This document shows positions 11,501-23,669 of a stretch of 64,000 bases of DNA, piece after piece; position 1 is the stretch's first letter, and each line of letters starts with the position of its first letter. The notes beneath the pieces are model-generated. The model searched no databases. It was not told the DNA's origin and saw only the letters and a list, made by a program, of their open reading frames with translations. Made by a program: the position numbers and the translations under genes. The stretch is from Tubiluchus corallicola (Eukaryota; Animalia; Priapulida). The stretch covers positions 248,001 to 312,000 of the forward strand of contig JAQGDQ010000125.1 of NCBI GenBank assembly GCA_030141605.1, in the 5' to 3' direction.

Positions 11501-14126
11501 CTGTGATGAGCTATTGCTATTCGAACTAAATTCGGTTTCCATGGGAACCAGGCAGTCATTGACCACGTTATCATTTCCATCATCTTCTGCAGTGGACTCC
11601 AAGTTCACTTGATGAACGTTTTCTTTGTGTGTGGGGAATTTATTTTGATCTTCTAATTCACTTTCACCATGAGTCACTGTGTATGATGCCTTGGGTTTAG
11701 GTTTGAATAAAGAATTTCCAATCTTCTTTCTAAATGATATTCGGCCGTTTTCCTCTGGCAGCTTGTCAGTTACATGATATGTATTAGTTTTTGAACGATG
11801 AAATGCTCTCGATAGGCGGTCTCTTAAGGAATGGCGTTCCTGAGCTGGCTGGAGCGAATGGTGTTGAACATCGGTTTCATGCCCTCCTGACTCTTCATCA
11901 GTTACACTTGAAACGGGCAATATCACTGGTGTGTGTTCGTCCACGTTACAGTTCGCTGAATTTCTTGTAATGGTTGGTACAGTGACTGCTGGAGATGTCA
12001 TTTGGACAACAGAATCAGCTTCTTTCACTGGAGTTCCTTTCTGCATTTGCCTTGGTAATTGTTGTTCGTCTGGACAAGATTCATTTGTTTGCATATCGTT
12101 TCCACCATCACACGATATTACAGATGCAGTAACTTCTGGACTAGCTACTATAATGGTGCTGTTTTTCGACATCCTGGCTGAATGTTTCTCTGGCAGATGT
12201 ATTTCAACTTTGCATGCTACTATATCATCAAATACTTCTGACAGTATGACATTTTCCAGAAGTTCTCCAGCATAAGTTTTAGGCCTTGGCAAGTGGACCG
12301 GAAGTCTCTGTGGGCTAACTCTCAAAGAAGAGTGCCTATACAATAAACATACATCATTATCTTAACTATGATGGAAACTATTGACAACATGGAACAGATG
12401 CACACATTAATTTTCTTGCAGTTGTTCAACTCTGCACTAGGGATATGGCCACTGACAGGTTTCTACATAAACACAAACTTGCACAAGTAAACTATGTCTT
12501 TAACAGTAAGTAGCCGTGATACTTTGCAGGTGACGGACCGGCATTTTTTCTAGACTTTTACACATGAGAATGCTGCCCACATCTATAAATATTTCTCCCA
12601 CAGAAACCGACAGCACATTAGAGCTTTTGCAGGCTCTGTTTGGTCGTTAAGAAACCACAGAAAAATTTTAAATATTCCTAACTGCTCAACACGTGCCTTA
12701 CGATACATTCGATGTTTAGAATTATTAGATGCTCCGACTCGGACTCGTTTTACTTTTGAATCAACAGACATTTCACAGGCGCTTGTTTCTGCTGGGAATT
12801 ATGTTAGGAATGTTCTACTTGCATAACGCATTCATTTTGTAGCTTAACTACATAGCTAAATTAACATTAACTTTAAAATCATCTCCTAATTATCTTCCTG
12901 AGCTTTAAAGACTCACTAATTGTAATGATGATGATGATGATGATGATGATGATAATAATAATAATAGCGTTATCATATAGTTTGTGTCGAGATTAACTAT
13001 TAAGCAAAGTGCACCTCGTCTTAAGTGAGAGCTTGTCTACTTTTGAAACAAAGCGTTTACAATTTTTGTGCTTCCCGGTGAGCACAATATTACAGTAATT
13101 TGATCAGATTGCCTGTTATGCTGCCTCTACCGTGAGCTTGCATTACATGCAAACTGTTCATATTTGCATGACATGTAAACATTAATGCACGTCGTTATAA
13201 TGCCAAACTGTTTTTTTGCATTACCAGAGTACGTGGAAGAAAAAGGTTTGACTGTATTATTAGCTGTATACAGGACAGAAGAGCTTCTTGTACTTGAATT
13301 TGTAAGAAGGCCTGCAAAAGTTTAACCATGTCCGCTATGTCAAAGCCTTATTCTGTCAGACCCATTCAAGGTAGTGTGAAGCGACAACAGAATTAAAGTA
13401 CTGCTTCAATTTTATTAATATAACCGATAATTAATGCTTTATACCTTTTCACTTGCTGGGTTGGCCGGCTTCGCAACTTCAGACTTCCTGTTAAACTGTG
13501 CGTCATTTCCAGGTTTTCCTTGTTTTCCTCCAGCGCGGCTTCTATACTCGGCAGAATTTCTTTCCTCTTGGCTTTCCTGTCGAAAAGAGAACCCAGAAAT
13601 GGCTTCTTTGGTTCTCTAGCAGGCCTCTCTGTCGAAGTTTGCAAGACACCTCGCAGTAGACCTCTCTTCTTGACCGCCTTCATTTCATTTTCGTTTTTCT
13701 CGAATTTCGTTTTGTCGTTGGTGCTGTTAACATAAATGAAATTCGTGTACATTCATTAAATGAACTCGCTTAAATTAACACCATGTTACCAACTTACTGT
13801 AGGCAATTTAACTAAACCAACGTTAAGAAAGACAGTAACTATAATATTTGCTTTTAGCCGCCCTGTTGAATTAGCACAAGTGGCAACGTCAGCACACAAA
13901 CACTGAATAAGACCAATGTTGGGCGTATGGGTTGGGACTTGAAATCGATTTTCAGTTCCATAACTGGCGTTTATATGTCTGTTGTTCATTGTATATAGTT
14001 TTGTATCTGCCACTGGCACTAGTCTATCAAACCTAGGGACTTAGCATATTCAATGAATGCTTTATCACACGGTACTTACCCTGTAAATAAGGACCTTCTT
14101 TTTCCTTCTCCTGGTTTCTTGCCCAT
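2510..14126 (-). CDS. PDZPH1: Large PDZ + tandem PH domain scaffold protein (PDZPH1-like), ~2249 aa, 11 coding exons
   Basis: Phase-consistent GT-AG exons (minus): 14080-14126 (ATG; [16 protein letters not shown]), 13445-13723, 7144-12335, 6523-6612, 6023-6190, 4896-4991, 4430-4540, 3922-4307, 3403-3592, 2726-2858, 2510-2567 (TAG). Total 6750 nt. PDZ: [47 protein letters not shown]1: [30 protein letters not shown]2: [29 protein letters not shown]. The symbol is inferred from the long N-terminus + PDZ-PH-PH architecture and is tentative. Confidence 0.8.
5107..5700. repeat. Purine-rich tract followed by a complementary pyrimidine-rich tract (degenerate inverted repeat) in an intron
   Basis: 5107-5480 is almost all A/G and 5520-5700 mostly C/T. 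AAATGTGGCTGACAGATTGGCATAAAGG (~5428-5457) is roughly the reverse complement of CCTTGCCACCTGTCTACCAGACATTT (~5523-5548). Confidence 0.5.
6962..6993 (-). other. Candidate 32-nt frame-shifting micro-exon
   Basis: Acceptor TTACTTCCTTTGCTAACAG| and donor GAG|GTATGG flank ATCCTAATGAATGTTGTTGTTTTACTTTTGAG. Confidence 0.35.
7144..12335 (-). CDS. Giant 5192-nt internal coding exon of the PDZ-PH-PH gene (low-complexity S/Q/H/P-rich region)
   Basis: 1735-aa ORF bounded by acceptor TTTATTGTATAG|G (12335) and donor GCAA|GTGAGT (7144). Phases (2 in, 1 out) match the flanking exons. Confidence 0.85.
12924..12966. repeat. (GAT)n(AAT)n microsatellite
   Basis: Direct inspection. Confidence 0.9.
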
Positions 14127-14574
14127 CTTAATTTAGCGTCAGGCGTTCGTCATTGATACTGTGTCGGAGTCAGAGTTTCTTTCGACGCAAATTACGATGA
14201 GCTCTGGAAAAAACCATACTGGCTATCGTAACGGCAACGTATATGAAATTTCAACGTTATCAAGAATTGATGTATTGATGTATACGCTAAATGTGTGTGT
14301 TGAAAATTTTTGAAATGTTGAAAATTTTAGCAGCTGAACAAGATGTTGCTTGCCTGTACGTACTTATGCAGGCACTTAACGCTCGTTGTGTCAGATATTT
14401 AAATAAGTTTCGTAAATAATAAACATTAGATGATAATTGCAGAAAATTTTGGCAATCTTTCGTGAAATGAGCTGACACTTTTCTGACTTGAGTAACTGAT
14501 TGTCCATATTTTAAAAAAAGCAGTAAAAGTAACCTCCATTAAGTTACATACTAACATAAATAGCTCCTCTTATT

Positions 14575-14903
<329 letters not shown>

Positions 14904-15409
14904 GTCTGCTACGTGGCCATCTGGCACTTCCTATCGACTGTGGTACTACACCAAAGCCGTGGCTTCATTTGCTTCTGGCCTTTGTTATAAACGCAAATAT
15001 TTCTGTAAGGGCACCGATTTTGTACAAAGAGACCAACAAAGTACGAAGTAAATGAATTCAGCAAAAATCGAAATCTAAAAAACGCAGATTATTTCTAGTT
15101 ATTTGCTCTGTTTCAATATCATAGTTGCTGCGTAATTTACTTTTCAACTCACTTTGGCATGAATGATGAGTTCTATTAATAGTCGTCTATTGCAGGGTTT
15201 TATTTTTGCCGTTTCTTTCACACTTAAATTGCAAGGTCACTCTTTGCTTCATACTTTGGGGCGCAAATTGAATTGCAAATGCATGTTTGCACCACGGTGC
15301 TAGTGTAAAATGTTACATAGTAATCTTAGTAATCATAGTGTGTCTAAAAAAAATTAATTAAGAATAGGCCTACTATACGCCGAAACGTTTCTACTTTGTT
15401 GGCATTAGA

Positions 15410-15599
15410 AAAAGCAGTGCAGGCCAAATTAGATCTCATTTTGTCATTTTAGGTCTTTAAAATGTCTTAAATGCAGGAAAACCCGTCAGCGGCCTTGGGA
15501 CTCCGCTGCGGAGCCTCCCCAGACCCCAGCTGAAAATTGGGGGGGGGGCGGATTTACACTCTTTGCCCCTCCTGCGTAAAACCTTACACAACGCCACTA
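15410..15599. mobile_element. 3' fragment of a hAT-like MITE
   Basis: GC-rich GGACTCCGCTGCGGAGCCTCCCCAGACCCC core and an ACGCCACT end, typical of invertebrate hAT-type MITEs. No matching 5' end found. Confidence 0.4.
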
Positions 15600-15705
15600 G
15601 TAACTAGCGACGTACATTTATCAGTTAATGAGGTGATGACAATCCTGGAGTCTCCTAGGATCTCCTAGGAAAGCAGCACGAACGTATCTTACAATATCTT
15701 ATACT

Positions 15706-16114
15706 CAGGGGCTTATTAACCAATAGACTAACTAGGCTATAACCTAGGACGCCAAAGTTTGAGGGGCGCCACATTTCAGGCGTCCAATTTTAAAAAATTC
15801 TTATTGTCCTCGGAAAATGTGTATCCGTTCATAACACACCACAAGCAGCTACTTAAACAAGTTGCTACATAAGTGCCATATAACGAACTAGTACAAGGTA
15901 TTACAAAACAAGCAGTTGCCCAGCCTGCTTGTATATAAGCGCATGTACACATAATTAACAATGACCATGTAGAAACTAAGTTAATAGTATTACTCTAATA
16001 CACCATAAGCAATTGATTAATCTGTTCAGTACATAAACAACCATGAATTCACAATAGAGATCGGCAGGGCAGATCTATCAGCCTAGGGCGTCGTAAAGTC
16101 TTGATACGCCCCCG
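15706..16114. mobile_element. hAT-family MITE
   Basis: Imperfect TIRs CAGGGGCTTATTA...TGATACGCCCCCG. Perfect 8-bp TSD CTTATACT (15698-15705, 16115-16122). Subterminal CCTAGG motifs. Confidence 0.85.
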
Positions 16115-16865
16115 CTTATACTGCGTTTGAGAACACGTAGCAGCTTGATATTAAGTTTATGATACTGTATTTGAGAACGATTGCACACGAGACCATTAAT
16201 TCTTGTGCGACTTTAGCATTATCATGACGGCTACATTAACACAAATTTAGCTATATTCACACATCTTGGCACATCTCCAAAAACAAGCTTTTTGTATGTA
16301 TGCAGTATTGTTATAAATCACGGCTAATAATTAAACATTATATCCTGTCGTAAAAAGGGATTTTTGATATTTAATTCAAAGCAGTTGTGACAGTTATAGA
16401 ACTTGTAAATTTTACTGGCATAGAGAGGCACAACTATACATTGTATGCAATAATAATAGATTAAAATGTAAATTTACTGTTGGTTTTCTAAGTGATTTTT
16501 ATTTATTTTGTAAGGTGAGCGTCTAGTGTGCGTGTACACGTATGACTGGTCTCTGTTTAGATTTTTCTACTTTCCCCAGTTAAACACATGAACGTATATA
16601 AATATGGCTTCGCGCGAGGCGCATATGGCCAATGTTTATTTCCCGGCAAACAAACACTGCCCGAGGTACCCCTGCAGAGTACCATGTGGCAAACACTTGC
16701 ATGGCGTGGAACAACTTCCTTCCAGCAAGAAACTTATGTTATATTCTACGGACATCAGCTAACATTTCGATAACAAACTGTAAAACGTTCAAATTGCCCA
16801 AGTTACGCTCATGAGAACTCCACGTGTGCGTGTACCTTTTAATGAAACTGTAATCCACCGTATTT

Positions 16866-17115
16866 CCATTATAGTGTAATAGCCAATTAAAAACTGGTTT
16901 TAGTATTTTAGCCTTTTTTTCTGGCTTAAAAAATTGCTTATTGTTCGTGATCTTCAGATAAATTCGTCTTTACATTATGCTATAGTGTCATAGGCAACTG
17001 AAAACTGTTTTTTCGGTTTTAGTCTTTTTTTCGGGCTTATTTGAGCATGATGTTCAGATGAATTAATTTTCACATTTTGTCAGTGTGATAGGCAATTAGA
17101 AATAGTTTTTAGTGC
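16866..17115. repeat. Degenerate ~105-110 bp tandem repeat (2.3 copies), probably TE-internal
   Basis: Recurrent AGTGT(N)ATAG(C/G)CAA(T/C)T..AAA..GTTTT and TGAT(C/G)TTCAGAT(A/G)AATT blocks. Confidence 0.55.
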
Positions 17116-17608
17116 TTTGGTCGTCTTTGTGGCTTGAAAGCTTGCTTACTTGTACATTCTGCCGTTTATCGCAAACAAAGGCTGATTTTGATTTATCCGA
17201 CGTTGGTTTAGAAACTGACTTGCTTTGTTCCGCGGTTGATCTTTGTTTTACGTTTGCCACGTTCACAGAAATCGCAGTCAACTACAGTTTTTAAGTCAAA
17301 ATTGTAAGCTGCATTAACCGCTATTCGGTTTTGAGTTGACTGTCGATTAACCTTGAAGAGTGTATGTCGACTTTGCCAGTTTGTCTGTGCCAAGAAAAGG
17401 ACGTTCGTTCGCATAGTGTCATTGTGTAATATTATTTTAGTTACTATTTGCTGGATTAAAATTATCTCATGTAAAAAATGTAAAAAATATATAGATATAT
17501 GTTACAAGTGTATTAGTTTTACACTTCTGTCACGACTCAGGTATGTAAGACAAAGCTACAAAAGCCAAGCCCCGTTAATTAGGCCTTTTCTTGAAATAAA
17601 TGCCCCAT

Positions 17609-17641
17609 ACACACACACGCACGCACGCACGCACACGCACG

Positions 17642-17716
<75 letters not shown>
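17609..17716. repeat. (CACG)n/(CA)n microsatellite
   Basis: Direct inspection. Confidence 0.95.
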
Positions 17717-17719
<3 letters not shown>

Positions 17720-17922
17720 TTAACTGTTAAACGGCGAGTGATTTTTCCCATGGCAGTCCCAGATCGCAGAGTTACACTATATTTTTCAGCAACGCCAATT
17801 GAAAAAATGCAAATGTTACATTACGTAATTTGCCTTTCAGCATTATGTCATAATTAATATATCAATTCACTTCATTTGTCCATGTATATTGTACGAGATT
17901 TGGTATAGAACGCTATGGTGCG

Positions 17923-18068
17923 TGGTAAAAATGGCACGGGAAAAATGACACGGTAAAAATAGCACAGGAAAAAATGCCACAAATTGAAATGTAAGTAAAA
18001 AAATAATTATACAGTAACATTACCTGCTTTTACGTTTGTGCTATTTTTTCCTGTGCCATTTTTAACTG
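17923..18068. mobile_element. Small fold-back element with 14-bp subrepeats
   Basis: Four G(G/T)AAAAATGGCAC-like units (17924-17980) mirrored by GTGCTATTTTTTCC/GTGCCATTTTTAAC (18038-18066). Confidence 0.6.
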
Positions 18069-18609
18069 TCGCTGATTTGTTTTTCTGCTGATATCTCCTT
18101 TACGATATGACATATTAGTCAAACGATGCTAATGTTTTGCACAACCGTTACTGCTCATTTGACCATTTTATCTGCAGTTCTGCAGAAATTCTTATGAACC
18201 GCAAAAGTCGTTCTTGAGCAGAACTTAATATTCTTTTAAGATATGGGTAACAGCGCCACCATATCTGTCGCGTGAGGTACAGGGTAAAGAAAACTCGCCC
18301 TCAGACTACAGGTTAGAAAATCCTGGAAGCATATTTTCTCATTTTTGAAACGGGTTACTCGTAAAAATGTCGTATAATGTCTTTTAAATTTGTGATATAA
18401 GAAACAAAACAACAAGATAGAAATAGTCGGTGAATAGTATTTGTTATCAAAATGGAGTAAACAACTCGAATGGACTCACAGGTAACAGGCCTTTGTTCTA
18501 AGCGCTGAAGAGTTACAGGATATATAGTTATACAAAACTGTATTTTTGTAGAAATTATTTGCAGCCTGATATTGCTACAAATTTCGTAATTTCCAAAAAT
18601 GATGCAGTA

Positions 18610-18769
18610 CAGAGCTGAAAAAGAGGTCCCTGGTGTAAGGACTGCCATTGTGATTTAATAGGTTTCCCTTTTTGGAAGAAAATATGACCATATCACTTTT
18701 ACCTGGCTCATTTATGTGACCCATCAAAAAACAGAGACCCATGACCCCACGGACCTATTTTCAGCTCTG
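18610..18769. mobile_element. Short hAT-like MITE
   Basis: Perfect 12-bp TIR CAGAGCTGAAAA...TTTTCAGCTCTG. GACCCA subterminal repeats. Degenerate 8-bp flanks (ATGCAGTA/TTACAATA). Confidence 0.7.
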
Positions 18770-19527
18770 TTACAATACGAACACATGATCTTCCAAAGAG
18801 CAGGAGGAAAGGTGTTTGTTGAAGAGAGTGCAAACATGGCATTTTAACCAGAATTAATCAAATTTTCTAATTACTTTGCAAATAATTCATTCTTGTTGCT
18901 GGGCTATGGCTTATGAGACACAAACAAGCGCAGTTTTCGTTCCTATCTATATACAGCTGCTATCTACTATTAGCACAAGTTCGCCTATGTATTTGACGGT
19001 AAAATAACAAATATTTTAATGTTGGTTGTCTGAGCGTATAACAAATTTATTTCTCTAAGCTCCTTTGATTTAGCCCTGTAGTGACTGGTTAAGTCAAGCA
19101 AGGACGAATTGAAAGTGATTCTTTCCGCTAAAATGTTACAGCATTTATAAAATGGCTTCATGCGTGGAAAATTGCGGTTGTCCATAAATTATACGGAAAA
19201 AACCTCTAAAGGTGTTTAATTGCATTTCTAAATTATAATGTGAAATGTATCCTACGTAATTCGAAGCTACTGTACTTATTTACATAAATCATGTAGGCGT
19301 ACGGCTTTCGTGTGTGATGATGTGCCATCAATTATTTGCTCGAAAAATGTGAGGAAAAATTATAAAAATATGAAATGTCATGTTAACTAAATAGACCAAA
19401 TTTTACAGGTATTACCAGGCGCAGGTTGCAACGCAAGTAGAACACGTTTGATGAACACTCTGCTATCCGAACTGTTGTCAAAATGATCATGAATTATATC
19501 CGTGCACAGTTTTAGGATTAATTTTAA

Positions 19528-20060
19528 AGGAAAACCGGACGTTTGTGTAGACATCAATTCAAAATAAAATATGCTCTAAAATATCGAAAACTACAATAAC
19601 TTTTTTAAATCAAAACTCAGATTAAATAATAATTACCTCGGATAGTTAAATTTTGTTGAACTTTCAAAGCCACTCGCGGCTCAGCGAATCCACTAAGACT
19701 AGCAATGGCATCTTCTTGACACACTCGCGTGGCCGACAAGTAGGCGCGGTACCGTGATAAGCATGAGCGTGTTCGTCAGTGACGTAAGAGTGGCATAGAG
19801 CTCATTTTCATGACCTGACATCAGCGTCTTATAGCAATCTTCGCTTATGCAAACGTGCTTGTCGCACAGGAGAGATGATTACCATTGCACAAAATGTGGT
19901 TAATTTGTGACGTAAGCAATACTTGCATTCGGTTACCGTTAATTAACTTTCCAAGCTAATTATTCAGATATAAGAAACAATTGCTGACTTTTATAGGAAA
20001 TGTATATTTTGGACAGTAAACTAAATGAGATTGAATTATAATCAATCGTCCGGTTTTCCT
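19528..20060. mobile_element. Non-autonomous Kolobok-type DNA transposon (MITE)
   Basis: Perfect 14-bp TIR AGGAAAACCGGACG...CGTCCGGTTTTCCT flanked by TTAA on both sides. AG...CT termini plus a TTAA TSD fit Kolobok rather than piggyBac (CC...GG). Confidence 0.85.
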
Positions 20061-20169
20061 TTAAGTATGCCTCACTTTTCACTTTCATCATTTGTATGGG
20101 TCAGCATGTGTTATTGTGTAAGTTTTGTAACACAGCTATTATAGTTATTGTCATATTAAGTGAATACTA

Positions 20170-20176
20170 ATAGTAA

Positions 20177-20229
<53 letters not shown>

Positions 20230-20240
20230 CAACAACAAAC
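20170..20240. repeat. (AAT)n(AAC)n microsatellite
   Basis: Direct inspection. Confidence 0.9.
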
Positions 20241-22069
20241 TATCGCTTGTTTTAAATTACCTGTTCTGCGAAATTATATGTCTTGCTGACACTAAATTAT
20301 ATTAACTTAGTAAAATTATTATTGAATGATTGATTAATGTGAACTACAATGATTTTAGAATAATCAATAATCATATGTTTTATGGTTCAAAATATTGAAC
20401 CATTTGGCTTTAATTAGTACAATGCTGTATAACGTTTACAATCTTTTTTAAATTTGCAACATAGGCAAACCGTTTCCATTTAGTATGAGTAATCCTGTTT
20501 TATTGACTCTGGGAAGCATAACACATTTGAGCGTTTTACATAACAATCAAGCTTAGTCATTGCAGGAGCGCAGAATGGGTACATTCAGTTATAGTGGCTT
20601 GATTCAGTAAATTATTAAAAATACATACAGTGTACGCCAAACGACAAATATCTACAGAAACGTATTTTTCTGATGTTTATTGTTTATCCATATGACGTCT
20701 ACTGAATAAATTTTAAAATTATGGCTTTTCAATGGAAAGAAGGCAACATCATTCCAGTAGAATAAAGTTGTTAGAATAATAACAAAAAAGAAAACAACAA
20801 AACAATTACCATTTAGCAGTTATATATATATATATACAATCTCCTACAACCTCCTATATACAATTAATACATTGTGTCTATTAATTGTTTTTAATCAAAA
20901 TTTCCTGATAGCTATTATATTTTAAAAGATAATTCACGTGGACCTTGCATGTGTACTGCAGAAGCGAGCCTGGTAATAGTCCGTTAACCCCTACCACATA
21001 TGAGCCTTCATAGTTAACAGATAAGGTGTTTAGAGGCCTATAAAGTGCCAAATCACTCTCGCCAAGCCGTTATTTTAATGGCAAATATACAATTACTACT
21101 TTAAACAGAATTATTTTTAAATTAGTTTAATCAAAATCTGAATTCTACCAAATATTTTACGCCTGAGCTCAGTTAAATGAATGAAATTCACTCACCATTC
21201 AGGAAGAAGTATTTCATTGCGTCGATGGAGCTATGTGCTCCCTCCATCACCGAAGCTGCTCAGTGCACTAAGCCGTCTCGGAGGAGTTTGACGAAAATAG
21301 ATGAAATCTAATCGCTGCTGCAGCTGCTGTGCTTGCGTCTAGTAGTTTATCGTCAAATAATCTCCCCTTCTATCCCTTGCATCTTTTACTGAGTGGTGCT
21401 AGGAAAAAACGAGTGAAAAATATGCACATAATTAATGTAAATGTCCAAATTAAAAAATTAACTTGCATGCCTTCGATGCAAATTTATCATTTTTGTGGCA
21501 TTCAGCTGAGATTTAAGGTCAGTTATTGGGCCATTCAGATGGAATACAGCCACTGATGATTTACTTTTATGTTTCCAAAGCTGAACATTGAAATAAGTTT
21601 CATAGAAACAATTTTTCACCTCCTGGTTCTTGCCAATATACAGGAGCGACTTGTAGACCTTGAAAATATTGATTTAGATATCTGTCTGTACCGTTTTTAC
21701 ACTGAGTTTTACTCGAAAAATTAAGCGAGTTAAGAAGTACCCAATAAATCGTAAATATCAAAACTTGAAAAAGGTCATCGATACGAATCACTTTATGGCG
21801 TGCAACTGATATTAAGTTAAGTTATAGGATTATCGTGAGTAAATAACGCCAATGTTTCATTTAAAATGAACATTATACATGTAACAAATTTTATACAAAC
21901 GTTATACATAAACAGTTTGTATCGTAAAAGTATCAAAATTTGATTTATATTTCAAAAAATTATAACAGTAATAGGTCCAACTGTATGAATACATCCTCAA
22001 CAGACTGTTATATCACGAGAAGCCATACAAGATGGTACAAAAACCTTTTTTAATAATTGTTGATGTTGA

Positions 22070-22250
22070 GATGTTAGGGCTTGTAAACGTTCATCTAAAT
22101 ATGTTAGGAGGTGTTCACATTCTTGCGCAGATGGTACGGCCAGCACACATTCATGTGCAGATGTTAGTGCGTTTACAGAATCATGTACAAACGTTAGAAA
22201 GTGTACACATTCAGGTATAGATGGTCAAGGCCTGTACACATTCATGTACA
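22070..22250. repeat. Degenerate 30-bp tandem array (~6 copies)
   Basis: Unit consensus GATG(T/G)TAGNNNNTGTACACATTCATGT(A/G)CA. Confidence 0.7.
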
Positions 22251-22280
22251 GTGTTAATTCCTTTGGCACTATTTACTTAA

Positions 22281-22876
22281 AGGAAGACAGGATTATTTTC
22301 CATATACTACCCCATTTTTAAGTCCAATAAAAAGTATACATTTTAACACAATTAATACTGCAAAGGCGTTTCTGATCATTAAATAATAGATAAAAAACTT
22401 AATTAACGGCAGACGAGCCCATCTATTTATGACATCACAAACTAACATAATTTTCAACAGCAAAAATATTCTACGAGCGTGTTGCACGTGTTTGCGAAGC
22501 GAAAATTGAAGTACAGTGCTACTGTAAGGAAGATATTCAGTGTATTGTGTTAAAATTAGGCAAGTTTTAAGATAAAGTTCAAATTTACTGCTGTGTTCAC
22601 GCATGAGTTGTCGAACGTGTGTAGTTCGTCAGAAACTAACCTATCTGAACTGAGAGGTACAGCAGCTGTTTTTTGTGCAACATGTTTCAGAAATGCAGGC
22701 GCTGGTCCCGTATAACTAGAGAATGGCGAAATGCATGTGGCGCGAACATGAAATTGTGTTTGTCTGATAATAATTCTTTTGCGTAAGTCATTTTTGAAAA
22801 CATAGTATGTTTCCTTTCAATATTTTAAAGAGTAGATTGTTTTGACGTAGAGTTTAAGATTGGGTCCGGTTTTGCT
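22281..22876. mobile_element. Kolobok-type MITE, family 2, copy A
   Basis: TTAA|AGGAAGACAGGA...TCCGGTTTTGCT|TTAA. The internal sequence recurs at 25845-26435. Confidence 0.8.
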
Positions 22877-22983
22877 TTAAAGTAAACAATTGTAAAAGAA
22901 ATTTATAGTGAGTTGTCGTAATATTTACTATTTAGCAAGCTAATTAATTTGATAATGAATCAGAAGAAAGTTTCAGTTGATAT

Positions 22984-23669
22984 CTGTAGCGGATAGCCCT
23001 ATAGGCTGAATAGGCTGAAGCCTAAGGCCCGGGATCAAAAGGGGCCCGGCAAAATAAAACGAAAAAAAATTTTTTTTGTAAAAAAATAAATTGACAAAAG
23101 AGCAAGGGGCCCGCCAAAATAAAATATAGAAAAAAGTTTTTTTTCAAAAGCCAGTCACTATATTTCAAATCGGGTTTACACAATTCAAGTTTACACAATT
23201 TAAGTTTACACAATTCACGTTTACACAGTTTAAGTTTAAGTTCAAAATTTCAGTTTCCGAATTTTTCTGGGGGCAAAGTCAGTTATAATTTCTGAAAAGT
23301 CCATTTTTTTCAACATATCTGACTCAATATGCATCAGTGATAAATTGTTTAATTTGTCATCCTTTAGAGATGACCGTAAATAAGTTTTTATCCTTTTCAG
23401 AGCAGAGAATGATCGTTACCCACTGCAGTTTGAAACCATCATACACAAGTACATTCTAACACATATGTAAACATTTGGGAACAGTGACAGAAGGTTATTG
23501 GATACATCTGTAGTTCAATGCTGCCGTTGCAAGTTTGGTCACATTTCTGGATAAACGACTGAAAGTGTACTAACTCTTCTACAAAAGATGTCTCTAAATC
23601 GTTAGGATATATTTAAAAGGCCCGTTCCAAGCTCAAGCCTAAGGCCCATAAAATCATAATCCGCCGCTG
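22984..23669. mobile_element. hAT-family MITE
   Basis: TIRs CTGTAGCGGAT...ATCCGCCGCTG. Perfect 8-bp TSD GTTGATAT. Internal GTTTACACAATT repeats. Second partial copy at 38745-39095. Confidence 0.85.

Noticed and set aside
7278-12275. Antisense ORFs over the giant exon (also over TOP3A and the zinc-finger exon)
   Set aside because: Short shadow ORFs are expected opposite long coding sequence and show no independent features.
22070-22250. Periodic in-frame TGA in a C-T-TGA context on the minus strand (selenoprotein repeat?)
   Set aside because: No start or splice context and no recognisable SECIS. The periodicity follows trivially from the tandem repeat.
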